Assembly (NCBI GenBank): GCA_049903315.1
Contig: JBNGBT010000014.1
Location: 1 to 37,804, forward strand
Reading direction: 5' to 3'
From: Candidatus Cloacimonadota bacterium
Lineage (GTDB): Bacteria > Cloacimonadota > Cloacimonadia > JGIOTU-2
Length of the DNA stretch: 37,804 nt
In this document: piece after piece, positions 1 through 8,955 of the stretch
How positions within the stretch are numbered: the first letter of the stretch is position 1
Layout: every line of letters starts with the position of its first letter
Notes under the pieces: model-generated
Database searches by the model: none
Told to the model about the DNA's origin: nothing
Seen by the model: the letters and a program-made list of their open reading frames with translations, nothing else
Made by a program: the position numbers and the translations under genes

Positions 1-413
1 GGCTGGCCTGTGCTTTTGCCGATCATGCGATCTCTTCGGAATATCCGGTGTTTTATACCCGTGTGTCTCAACTGATGAGTCAGGTGCTTTTAGTCAGGGC
101 AGATGGTTCATATCTGAAGTGGCTGCAGAAAACCTCCCGTTTTTCAGTGCTGATCCTGGATGATCTGGGATTAAGCTCACTGACAACGCAGCAGGCGCAG
201 GAACTTCTTGAGGTCATTGAGGAAAGGAGTGGTTTGGGAAGTTGCATCGTGACCAGTCAGTTACCTGTGAAGGAATGGCATTCTTACTTCAAAAATCCCA
301 CTGTAGCTGATGCAATCATGGATCGACTTGTTCACAACTCTCATCGTCTCGAGCTGAAAGGAGACTCAATGCGAAAGGAAAAATCGGTGATTGCACGCAG
401 TGAAAAAGAATGA
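1..413 (+). CDS. istB: IS21 helper ATPase IstB (5'-truncated)
   Basis: Walker B VLILDDLG, plus IEER, IVTSQLPVKEW, ADAIMDRLVH and LKGDSMR motifs. Confidence 0.95.
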   Translation, partial: LACAFADHAISSEYPVFYTRVSQLMSQVLLVRADGSYLKWLQKTSRFSVLILDDLGLSSLTTQQAQELLEVIEERSGLGSCIVTSQLPVKEWHSYFKNPTVADAIMDRLVHNSHRLELKGDSMRKEKSVIARSEKE

Positions 414-511
414 GGAAATCTTGGCATTTTCTGTAATTTTTCCCTGGTTTTTGCTGATTGTCTCGGACACTTTGTGAAAATCAAGTTTTGAAAACAGGAG
501 ACGGTTCAGAC

Positions 512-605
512 TGTCCGACAAACCACCGGATTGATGTCCGGAAAAAAACCGGAACACTGTCCGAAAGGTTGCCGGAATGGGTGTCCGAATAAACCGGAAT
601 TACTA
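512..605 (+). repeat. IS21 subterminal repeats (transposase binding sites), 4 units
   Basis: TGTCCG at 512, 535, 558 and 582 (spacing 23/23/24), each followed by CCGGA. Confidence 0.9.
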
Positions 606-766
606 ACAAACTCAAAAGAGCAGTAGTGCTCCCTGAATCTTTTAAGGAATCAAAATTCCTAGAAGACAGGTCTCGAAACAGAGGGCATCATATTAAGGTT
701 TTTACTAACCATGTTGATGCAAAGAATTGGCTTTTGAAAAAGAAACAAGATGTGTCAACATGGTAA
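605..766 (+). pseudogene. 3' remnant of a STAS/SpoIIAA-like protein gene interrupted by IS21
   Basis: Start-less open frame right after the IS end: NKLKRAVVLPESFKESKFLEDRSRNRGHHIKVFTNHVDAKNWLLKK...*. This resembles the F.E...NRG...KVF.....A..WL C-terminus of SpoIIAA-like proteins. Confidence 0.65.
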
Positions 767-976
767 TTAAGCAATAGTTATAAGTCTGCCTGTTTGGATT
801 TGTGTTGGAATATGGACGATGAGGTATTATCGGATGGGGAGAAGTAAAAAGTGTATAGTGTTTATTAAAAGATGGTTGGTATGTTTTGCTTTCTTATAAG
901 AAATGTGTAATCTTACTTGTTGATATGGTTTTAAATCCTGAAAATTATTAAAAGAATATTATAGGTCGGAGAGAAG

Positions 977-1759
977 ATGAGAAATATTGTTCTGTTAATT
1001 TTTTATTTAAGTATTGGAGTTGCTTGTCAAGATATTGAGGAGTCAAACATTAAAGCTAAACTAGATCAAGTTCTAGATCAAAAAGTAGTAGTAGTATCTC
1101 ACTCAGATACGAAATATCTCAATAGTTTATATTTTAAGTTCGAGTCTTTGTATGTTGTCAATTCCGATGAAATACAGGATCCTATTGAGTTTAGCTATAT
1201 TTTATTTGATAAACTCTCTGTATTGTTACCAGTAAATGACGTTCGAAAGGAATTAGAATTTTGGGACGGATCGGGAAAACTTCTAAATCCGATAACTGAG
1301 AAAGCCGATAACAACTACGATGATACGAGTTTTGAATTTGTTCAATATTCATCAAACGGCACCAGGATTGGAAGATATGGGGCAATAGTTACATTTGAAG
1401 GAAATAGGGTTCATTCAGTCCAAACAAATATTTTTAAGAATGTAGATTCTGGCTTATTAAAAGATCTAACTATCTCATGTGAGCAGGCAAAACAAATATT
1501 AGCTTCCAAGATAAATGATTTTTATAATAGATTGTCAGAACCTCGTAGTAATCCATTTGAATCTGAACTTATTATTCAACCACATCGAGATCCTGATACA
1601 AATGAGATAAGTGAGTTTAGGTATAATTGGATTATTAACTGGGGAGATGGAGGACAATCAATTGTAAATGCACATTCTGGTGAAATTGTTGAGTATAATA
1701 GTTATGATAAGAGGTATAGAAGCGATCGTACAAAATTCAGAATCTATGAAAGCAAGTAA
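977..1759 (+). CDS. Lipoprotein with FTP/PepSY-like (M4/M36 propeptide-like) region and no catalytic domain
   Basis: Lipobox GVAC (Cys17); ISCEQAKQI...ELII...W...IVNAHSGEIV is a PepSY-like pattern; no HEXXH. Confidence 0.6.
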   Translation: MRNIVLLIFYLSIGVACQDIEESNIKAKLDQVLDQKVVVVSHSDTKYLNSLYFKFESLYVVNSDEIQDPIEFSYILFDKLSVLLPVNDVRKELEFWDGSGKLLNPITEKADNNYDDTSFEFVQYSSNGTRIGRYGAIVTFEGNRVHSVQTNIFKNVDSGLLKDLTISCEQAKQILASKINDFYNRLSEPRSNPFESELIIQPHRDPDTNEISEFRYNWIINWGDGGQSIVNAHSGEIVEYNSYDKRYRSDRTKFRIYESK

Positions 1760-1921
1760 ATATTTGTAAAAATCAGAGTTAATAACAATGAGAGGAATGT
1801 TGTGGTCTTGATACATTTACATTCTTTTACCTGAAAAAATTTGCTACAATCAGGCTGATTTTCAAAGAGTTATATTAGTGGTTTTGAGTCTTTTATCGAC
1901 ATCATTTAATCTAAATGGGGT

Positions 1922-2001
1922 TTAATTCCCCGCTACTCTGCGGCGAGATAAAAACGATCCCTCTTGATACCACGTACGCTCTGCGTCGGGGTAGTTCATT
2001 T
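1922..2001 (+). mobile_element. IS200/IS605-derived non-autonomous mini element (PATE/MITE-like)
   Basis: TTAAT-CCCCGC..GCGGCG and GATACC..ACGC-TCT-GCGT-CGGGG-TAGTTCATT: two imperfect GC-rich hairpins in AT-rich DNA, shaped like IS200/605 end pairs. Confidence 0.55.
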
Positions 2002-2142
2002 ATTTGTGGTTCGGCTATCTCAGAGTATTTGTGAATTTCTGAAAGTGTGTCAGAATATTCCTTTATTTTGTCTTTACAGAAATTATCCATACATTAGTAT
2101 GGTATCTGGGTTTAAGTATTTTTCGGATCAATTTGAAAATAT

Positions 2143-3672
2143 TCAGCTAAAACTCTCAGTTCTCTTCCTGACTACTTGATAACTAAGTTTTAGTGTCCTT
2201 GCTAGATTAGTTTTTTTATACCCATATACTTGATACAAATGGAAGATTACTTCTTTCTCAAATTTTTCCTTCACACTATGCCAGGTCTTATCATCTAATC
2301 TATCAATAAAATCAAAAATTGATTGCTCAAAATGCTTTTCGGGTAATTCTTTTTTTCTGAACCTTAAATCAGGAAAATTAAATCCCTTGTTTTTCAGTTT
2401 CAAATGATGAGAATAATAGGTAGGTTTCTTCAATCCCAAGCTTGATAAGAACTGCTCAATGTCATGAGTTTTCATTCGATGATAAATAATCAAATTAAAG
2501 TCAAAGATATCTGTGATTTCAGCCCAGGTTTTTCCTTCAAATTGCTTGAAAAACCGGTCAGGCTTAAGTTCTTTTGGTTTTTCTCTAACTTCCTCAGGAA
2601 ATTTTTCAATTAAGAATGTTTGGAATTTCTCAATTGCTGCTTTCCTAAATCCAGACATAGTTAAACCCATCTGAATATGGGAAATTGCAAACTCAGCACC
2701 TTTTTGATAGAAGTGTTTTGCCTTAACAGATTTACCCAACACATCATTATATATTCGACCAAGAAATAAACACTCCTGGGGAATCTGAGAAACAACATTA
2801 TTGTCAATAGAGTTATCTAATGCTTTATAGCACCAATCAACAGCATTCTGATACTCTTTTAATCTATAATAACATGCTGCAATATTTTCAAAAGCAAAGG
2901 AAAGTATATAATGGCTTTTTGTTTTTTCAGCGATTTTCTCAAATAAAGAAATAGATTTTGAATACTCTTGTTTCAATAGATAAATAAATGCTTCTGTCAA
3001 TCCAATTAAATCAGAAACATAGTTATAGCCTAAATCATCAACTTCATTTTTAATTAGCTCAAGTTGATTAAGAGCATTTTGATATTCTCTATGTTTAATA
3101 AGCAAATCACAATATCGAAACACACCTAAGAAATAAGCTGTTTTCAGATTTGCTTGTCTAACTTCTTCTAAGCAATTCTTAATACTTCCAAGGTTGTAAT
3201 GCTCATACCTGGTTGCATTCAATAACTCAATCTGAAAGGATAACAACAATTTTAATTTTTCAGAGTGCGCAAATGACAAAGCCTCTGAAAACATTTCAAT
3301 TGCTTTATCTTCTTCAAAGAGCTTTCTATGTAAAACGCCTTTTTCTAATAAAACATATGCCAGACAATCATCAATGGTTTGTTTCTTAAGTCTGGTATTT
3401 AGTTTCCGTGCAATTCTCAGTGCAATATTGGATAATTTTAAAGAGCTGGCAAGGTCTCCCTCTAGATGAAGTAGTTTTGACCGTCCTGCTATGATAATCG
3501 CCTTAAAGTCATTTTCCTCTAACAACTCTAAGTCATCTGAAAAAAGAAAAGACCTTGCCTCTTGGAAGCTTACAAAACCAATTTCACTAATATAATTATG
3601 AAACTCATTTTGATGAATACTGTTTATATTATTTGCCAAGGGATTAACTGTGTAAAAATTGTTTTTTTCCAT
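2143..3672 (-). CDS. TPR-repeat protein with two C-terminal Fis-like HTH modules (putative transcriptional regulator)
   Basis: TPR patterns (e.g. AFENIAACYYRLKEYQNAVDWCYKAL); repeated C-terminal units GKTWAEITDIFD...LGLKKPTYY and DKTWHSVKEKFEKEVI...KKTNLARTLKLSYQVV. Confidence 0.75.
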   Translation of the reverse strand: MEKNNFYTVNPLANNINSIHQNEFHNYISEIGFVSFQEARSFLFSDDLELLEENDFKAIIIAGRSKLLHLEGDLASSLKLSNIALRIARKLNTRLKKQTIDDCLAYVLLEKGVLHRKLFEEDKAIEMFSEALSFAHSEKLKLLLSFQIELLNATRYEHYNLGSIKNCLEEVRQANLKTAYFLGVFRYCDLLIKHREYQNALNQLELIKNEVDDLGYNYVSDLIGLTEAFIYLLKQEYSKSISLFEKIAEKTKSHYILSFAFENIAACYYRLKEYQNAVDWCYKALDNSIDNNVVSQIPQECLFLGRIYNDVLGKSVKAKHFYQKGAEFAISHIQMGLTMSGFRKAAIEKFQTFLIEKFPEEVREKPKELKPDRFFKQFEGKTWAEITDIFDFNLIIYHRMKTHDIEQFLSSLGLKKPTYYSHHLKLKNKGFNFPDLRFRKKELPEKHFEQSIFDFIDRLDDKTWHSVKEKFEKEVIFHLYQVYGYKKTNLARTLKLSYQVVRKRTESFS

Positions 3673-3689
3673 AACATATAATATAATAT

Positions 3690-4178
3690 TTAAGCATTTC
3701 CTGGCAAACCTCCAATCTCCAATTCATCATCACCTATTACTGAACAACTACCTGAAGAATTTGTTAATAGACTGTCTGTTGTAATATACCCTGCACTAGA
3801 CAAAGTTTGCCAACCACTAGATTGGTGTTTATAGCGAACACCGACGGGGTTATCTACATAGATGTAAGAAGCTGAAGCATAGGAAACCACTACCTCTGAA
3901 AAGATAAACACTTCAAAATCACTTCCATAAATATTTTTAGCATAATACCCATCTTTTAAATACTCACCACCTGTGGCTGTCCAGACATTATTCCCATGAC
4001 CATATTTAGTGCCAGATGGGGGAGAAGATTCAATTTGGGCTAAATCTTCTGCACCTCTTGATAAAGATCCTAAATAACTATCTTGGGTATTATCATAACT
4101 AACTACTGAATTATTATTACAATTCACAACAATCAAACTAATCATCACTAATAACACATTTCGAAATTTCATATTCAC
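3690..4178 (-). CDS. Putative lipoprotein, Ser/Gly/Tyr-rich
   Basis: Signal peptide ending VVNC (Cys20); GGAG RBS; 17 bp upstream of the TPR gene, same strand. Confidence 0.75.
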   Translation of the reverse strand: MNMKFRNVLLVMISLIVVNCNNNSVVSYDNTQDSYLGSLSRGAEDLAQIESSPPSGTKYGHGNNVWTATGGEYLKDGYYAKNIYGSDFEVFIFSEVVVSYASASYIYVDNPVGVRYKHQSSGWQTLSSAGYITTDSLLTNSSGSCSVIGDDELEIGGLPGNA

Positions 4179-4348
4179 ACTCCATTGTTACTATTATAGC
4201 AAACTACCATAGTATAATTTAATATGGTATTGTATTACATCTAAACTAATAAATATATATTGATATTAATATCATACTTATAGTATAATAATATCACGAT
4301 TAATAGCTATATTATCATACTATTTCCCCTATTCCTAAAGGATTAATT

Positions 4349-5593
4349 ATGCCTATTCATATCAGCGACCAAGAATGGTTAAAAATATTTGACGAATTGA
4401 ACAGAAATAGAGATTCTTATGGATTCCCAATTAGGGAAAATAATTCACTCCTCTTAGGTTCTTGGAATATTCGGAAACTCGGTAAAATTAAACCCCAAAA
4501 GCGTGATGATAATCACTTCAGATTTTTTAAAAAAGTAATTAGCCAGTTTGATCTAATCGCAATTCAGGAAGTCATGAGTGATCTTGAAGGTATTTGTAAA
4601 ATTCGTGATGATCTTAACCTAGATATTGAAGATCCAGCGGAACATTATGGGTTGGTGTTATCAGATGTTACTGGTGCTATTCCAGGAGGAGAGGGATTAC
4701 AGGAAAGGTTAGCATTTATTTACAAACGAGACAAAGTTAAACGAACTGAAGTTGCAAGCGATATATCTATTGACCGAAAACCTGTTTTGGACTTTCTGAA
4801 AGATCAAATTGGTAAGTATGTAGATTCTCTTTCTAAACAAATTGATGATTACAAAGAGAATAGGAAAGACCTTTTAGCATGGGCAAAGAAATGGAAAATA
4901 TCTGAATCCCGTCCAAGGCCACCAAAGGCACCAACTCCAGAGTTTGCTGAGTTTCTGACCTTCGTACGTTCTCCATATATTGTAAGTTTTCAACTCTCCC
5001 CAAATTCACCTAATCCATATGAGATAATGGCGGTTGGTGCTCATTTAGTGTTTGGGACTCCGGAGCAGAGAGAAAAAGAGTTCCAGGCACTTTTTGATTG
5101 GCTTTCGAATAAGTTAAAAAATAGTAGTAATGCCTATTATTCAAGTTTTGCACTGTTTGGAGATTTGAATTTGGATATTGAAACTGATGCAGATAGAGAA
5201 CGAGTTGATGATTTAATTAAGAACCGGTGTAAAGAAGTGGCACAAAATAATCCAGGATCAGACATTTACTTTCCCTTTATTACTCCTCATCCAGAAAGTC
5301 CTGATGAAGGTACTTTTAGAAGTAATGCCAGATTGAACCAAACATATGATCAAATCAGTTTTTTCTCAACAGATCCAAGACTTCCTCAATCAGAAAATAG
5401 ACATACACTTGGAGAGTTTGCATCTCTTGAAGACTATGGAGTATTTAACTTCACTAATTTATTTTCTAAAGCTATTTATAACAAATCATATAATGAGTTA
5501 TCAAAATCTAATACCAAAAAGTTGGTAAGAAAATTTGAACATACTGTTAGTGATCACCTTCCTTTGTGGGTGAGATTACACCTTCCAGAATAA
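4349..5593 (+). CDS. Endonuclease/exonuclease/phosphatase (EEP, DNase I-like) family protein
   Basis: SWNIR, DLIAIQEV, ERLAFIY, GDLN, YDQI and SDHLPLW motifs all intact. Confidence 0.92.
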   Translation: MPIHISDQEWLKIFDELNRNRDSYGFPIRENNSLLLGSWNIRKLGKIKPQKRDDNHFRFFKKVISQFDLIAIQEVMSDLEGICKIRDDLNLDIEDPAEHYGLVLSDVTGAIPGGEGLQERLAFIYKRDKVKRTEVASDISIDRKPVLDFLKDQIGKYVDSLSKQIDDYKENRKDLLAWAKKWKISESRPRPPKAPTPEFAEFLTFVRSPYIVSFQLSPNSPNPYEIMAVGAHLVFGTPEQREKEFQALFDWLSNKLKNSSNAYYSSFALFGDLNLDIETDADRERVDDLIKNRCKEVAQNNPGSDIYFPFITPHPESPDEGTFRSNARLNQTYDQISFFSTDPRLPQSENRHTLGEFASLEDYGVFNFTNLFSKAIYNKSYNELSKSNTKKLVRKFEHTVSDHLPLWVRLHLPE

Positions 5594-5605
5594 AAAGGAG
5601 TATTT

Positions 5606-6694
5606 ATGCAAATAGACATGCACTATTTTGGTACATATTGTTTGGCACGGGCTGCCGGTATACCTAGAAAAAATGCTCATATTATTGCTTCAGCAGCACA
5701 ATATGTTGATGATGCAGCTCAACAACTTAACTTGGATTTTCAGGATGGTGCGATGCTTGTCGCGAAAGCAACCGCACATCATATGCTTGATATTAAAAAT
5801 ATTGAGAAAAGAGATCAGAGGCAGGTTTGGGTTCCTTTTCATTTCTTACCAGGTAATGAAGGTGAAAGTTTTACAGAAAAATTACTATGCAGAAAAGATA
5901 GTGAAGTTGCAAAAAAGATGCTAGCTGTTAACCTAAATAAAGCATTAGAGTGTAAATATGGCGATACCTTGATTGGAATTTCAGCACATGTTTATGCTGA
6001 CACATTTGCACACTACGATTTTTCTGGAGTTAGCTCGAGATCAAATAGAGCAAATGACTTAATGACACTTAACCTTGACTCAGAAACAGATGCTAAAATC
6101 ATAGAGCATGTCGAATCAAAAAGAAAAATGTTTTTTAAGTTGAATGGTTTTCAAGGAGGATTACTTGCCAATATAAAAGGATTCTTAGGGAAAAATCTTT
6201 CAGGAGCACTTGGACATGGAGCTGCTGCAACCTATCCAGATAGACCATATTTGAAATGGAAACTTAACTGGGATAGTCCAAATGGTAGGAATTCAGAACG
6301 AGATAATCCTCAAACCTTTTTAGAAGCCTGCGAGAATCTGCACAACTTCTTCTCAGAATATGCTGAGAAATCAAGCTTTGAAAGTTCTAAACGAATGAAA
6401 TTTAATGATTTTAAAGATTCATTGTGCAAAATCTTAGCTAAAAAAGCAGAAAAGGAAGACAGGATCAAGGAATGGAAAAGGGCGTCTAGAAATGGAATTT
6501 TCTGTAACAAGGGAGAATCCATACCTACTTACCTTGGTGACAAATGGAGTGAAGATTTCACGAAACTAGTATTTAAAAGGAACTCAATTGATGCTACAGA
6601 CTCTTCCGTTGTCCATTTTTATCAAGCTTCTGCTTTCCACCGTGTACACATTTTAAGAGATTTACTACCGAGTTTGGGGTTAATTGTTGGCTAG
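5606..6694 (+). CDS. DUF6765-like protein (Zn-dependent phospholipase C/S1-P1 nuclease-like fold)
   Basis: MQIDMHYFGTYCLARAAG, QYVDD, WVPFHFLPGN, HVYADTFAH and LGHG..ATYPD motifs; AAGGAG RBS 12 bp after the EEP stop. Confidence 0.8.
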   Translation: MQIDMHYFGTYCLARAAGIPRKNAHIIASAAQYVDDAAQQLNLDFQDGAMLVAKATAHHMLDIKNIEKRDQRQVWVPFHFLPGNEGESFTEKLLCRKDSEVAKKMLAVNLNKALECKYGDTLIGISAHVYADTFAHYDFSGVSSRSNRANDLMTLNLDSETDAKIIEHVESKRKMFFKLNGFQGGLLANIKGFLGKNLSGALGHGAAATYPDRPYLKWKLNWDSPNGRNSERDNPQTFLEACENLHNFFSEYAEKSSFESSKRMKFNDFKDSLCKILAKKAEKEDRIKEWKRASRNGIFCNKGESIPTYLGDKWSEDFTKLVFKRNSIDATDSSVVHFYQASAFHRVHILRDLLPSLGLIVG

Positions 6695-6832
6695 AAATTG
6701 AATTAGAATTGATTACAGGATTATGTATTAAGGTAAATAAACCATTTTTTGAGATAAGTAGAACTAGATTAATAGTAGTCATTGAAGATACCAGTCGTAT
6801 TATAAATATATTATCTGAAAGATTAAGGTATT

Positions 6833-7369
6833 ATGTCAATTGAAATACATGATAATGATATTGTTAATATTAGCAAAGTTTTATTTATCCTTCCTGTAGC
6901 TGTTCTGGTTATTCTTGCAGCTATGTTTGTGATAGTGATGTTCACAAACGTGGAAATATTTATGGTGACTTGGGCTGTGTTTACCTGCGGGGTATTGGGG
7001 GGATTTGTTAGCATCCAGCAAAGATTAAAAAATATGGATGCACTTGAAATTCGTTTACTCTCCAACTCAATTTTCCGAATCCTACTCATCCCACTTTATG
7101 GGGGTATCTTTGCTCTTGTCCTCTACTCATTATTTTATGCAGAAATTCTGAGTGGTCATTTATTTCCAACAATTTATGTGCCAGTTGCTCCTGAAATCCC
7201 AATATTTGAATATTTTAAAAAGGTTTGTATTGAGAACTACCCACAAACTGGACAAGATTGGGCGAAGTTGTTATTTTGGTCCTTTGTTGCTGGATTTTGT
7301 GAGAGACTTGTTCCTCAGTTGGTTAACTCATTATCTAGATCTGTTTCTGAAACAGCTGTAAACGAATAA
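6833..7369 (+). CDS. Four-TM membrane protein (GxLGG...G...AGF.ER family)
   Basis: Hydrophobic segments; GVLGGFVSIQQRL, PLYGGIFA and FWSFVAGFCERLVP. Confidence 0.8.
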   Translation: MSIEIHDNDIVNISKVLFILPVAVLVILAAMFVIVMFTNVEIFMVTWAVFTCGVLGGFVSIQQRLKNMDALEIRLLSNSIFRILLIPLYGGIFALVLYSLFYAEILSGHLFPTIYVPVAPEIPIFEYFKKVCIENYPQTGQDWAKLLFWSFVAGFCERLVPQLVNSLSRSVSETAVNE

Positions 7370-7397
7370 AAAGAAGTATTAAACCATGGAGTATTAA

Positions 7398-8054
7398 TTG
7401 AAATTAAAATCATTTTTCTTAATCATTATTTTAGTTTTCCTTGGATGTTCCATTATCCCACATGAAGTTGTTGAACTCTCTTACCACACGGGTGAGGATT
7501 TAGTTGCAATAAATGAGTCCTACATAAAATTGATTGATGCTTACTTTGAAAACTTAATTAACCAGAGATTGAATTACTTAGATAACGATTGGTATCCACG
7601 TTTTCTTGAAATTTGGATCACAGATGGAGAATTAGTTCCTATTGCAAGGGGAGAGAAAATTTGGTCAGACTACGATCAATCATTTATTAATTCAAATAGC
7701 GGAGATAATAACCTAGAATTGTTGAATTCTCTAAATCTCTGGGTCAATGAAGCAATTATTGCTTATGATGAAAAAAGGGTAGAGCTAATTCAGCCTTTAG
7801 AAATAGAAAAAGAAAACTTAATTCGGAGTATTAATCTTGCATTTATGCAGACTATTAGAGCTAACTCAGTAATTACAGCACATTTAAATAGTTTAAGAAA
7901 AGTTTCCGAAGTTCAGGACCAATTATTAGAATCATTGAATTTGAAAAATTTGCGTAATGAAATCAATAACAAACTTATTATTGTTTCAGAAGAAGCTGAA
8001 AAATCTCTTGAAAAAATAAAAGAAATCGATACTGAACAAATTAAAAGGAATTAA
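7398..8054 (+). CDS. Alpha-helical/coiled-coil lipoprotein
   Basis: TTG start after GGAG; lipobox FLGC; long amphipathic helices. Confidence 0.8.
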   Translation: MKLKSFFLIIILVFLGCSIIPHEVVELSYHTGEDLVAINESYIKLIDAYFENLINQRLNYLDNDWYPRFLEIWITDGELVPIARGEKIWSDYDQSFINSNSGDNNLELLNSLNLWVNEAIIAYDEKRVELIQPLEIEKENLIRSINLAFMQTIRANSVITAHLNSLRKVSEVQDQLLESLNLKNLRNEINNKLIIVSEEAEKSLEKIKEIDTEQIKRN

Positions 8055-8056
8055 CA

Positions 8057-8341
8057 ATGTCTCCAAAATCCTCTGGAATGTCAAAACTCAGGAAAAAAGC
8101 AGTAGAAAAAACAAATCAGAAATTTGCTGAAAAAGAACTCGAATTGCTTTTATCTACCAAAGTTGATTTAAGATCGCTTAGGCCTCAAGTTAGTGACAGC
8201 GAAACATTTAACAAACTGATTGATGCAGTTGAAAAATCTAATGCAAAAAATGAGAACATTGGTGAACTAAAAAATAGAATAGAAAATCTCGGGGAGTTGG
8301 GGTTAAAAGTAGCTAATGAATTAATTTCGATATTGAAATAA
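8057..8341 (+). CDS. Small helical hypothetical protein coupled to the lipoprotein
   Basis: Starts 2 bp after the upstream stop; AAGGA RBS inside the upstream gene. Confidence 0.75.
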   Translation: MSPKSSGMSKLRKKAVEKTNQKFAEKELELLLSTKVDLRSLRPQVSDSETFNKLIDAVEKSNAKNENIGELKNRIENLGELGLKVANELISILK

Positions 8342-8411
8342 CCAAAATGCTCTGAATTTAATTATAAATCGAAACCTTTCTACTCAAATAACTAAAATAT
8401 TAAACGTATAA

Positions 8412-8730
8412 CTAATAATTATTAGAAAACCAAGACTTATGGGATCTAGACTCAATAGTATTTATTATTCTGTCCCTGCTTCTTTTTGCACATTCCCTAC
8501 AATTTCCATATAGTTCCGGGTGCTCAAAACAATGGATTAATCGAAAAAGATTTTGTCTTGCTGATGATACTCATGATTTTCCTCGTCAAGTTTTCTTTTA
8601 TTTATCGGTAGCATCTCATTCCTATTATCATCGCAAGCCTGACAATGGAGGAGTCCTTTCAATCGAGATCTAATCCACAAATGATGCAGAGGGTACTGTC
8701 AAACTAATCACCACATTCAATGCATTTCAT
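8412..8730 (-). pseudogene. Degraded Cys-rich (zinc-ribbon-like) protein gene
   Basis: Hand translation across frames: MKCIECGD*FDSTLCIICG / LHCQACD / HCFEHPELYGNCRECAKRSR...; AGGA upstream of ATG 8730. Confidence 0.5.
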
Positions 8731-8955
8731 TATAGTTTTCCTATATTATTTCTGATCAGTTTGCATTGCACCATTAGTTATATTTTGAAATTTTCAAACT
8801 GATTGAAATTAAAAACTTTTTAGTAATTGTAAATTTCTTGAATTATTAATTACAAAAATCATCATTGCATCTGTTTAAATAATTAATCATTCTTTTGGTA
8901 GAATCATTGATTTTATTAGCGGATGATTATTCAGGCCTTAATTACACAACTATCT

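Larger units (their letters stand above)
1..605 (+). mobile_element. IS21-family insertion sequence, right part (truncated by window start)
   Basis: istB 3' half followed by four tandem ~23-bp TGTCCG...CCGGA units. The end reads TAGTAATTCCGG on the minus strand, like IS21/IS408-type ends (TGCGTATTCCG...). The exact end is uncertain by ~3 bp. Confidence 0.85.

Noticed and set aside
512..605. 23-bp periodic repeats as a CRISPR array
   Set aside because: No spacers of CRISPR length; position after istB identifies them as IS21 end repeats
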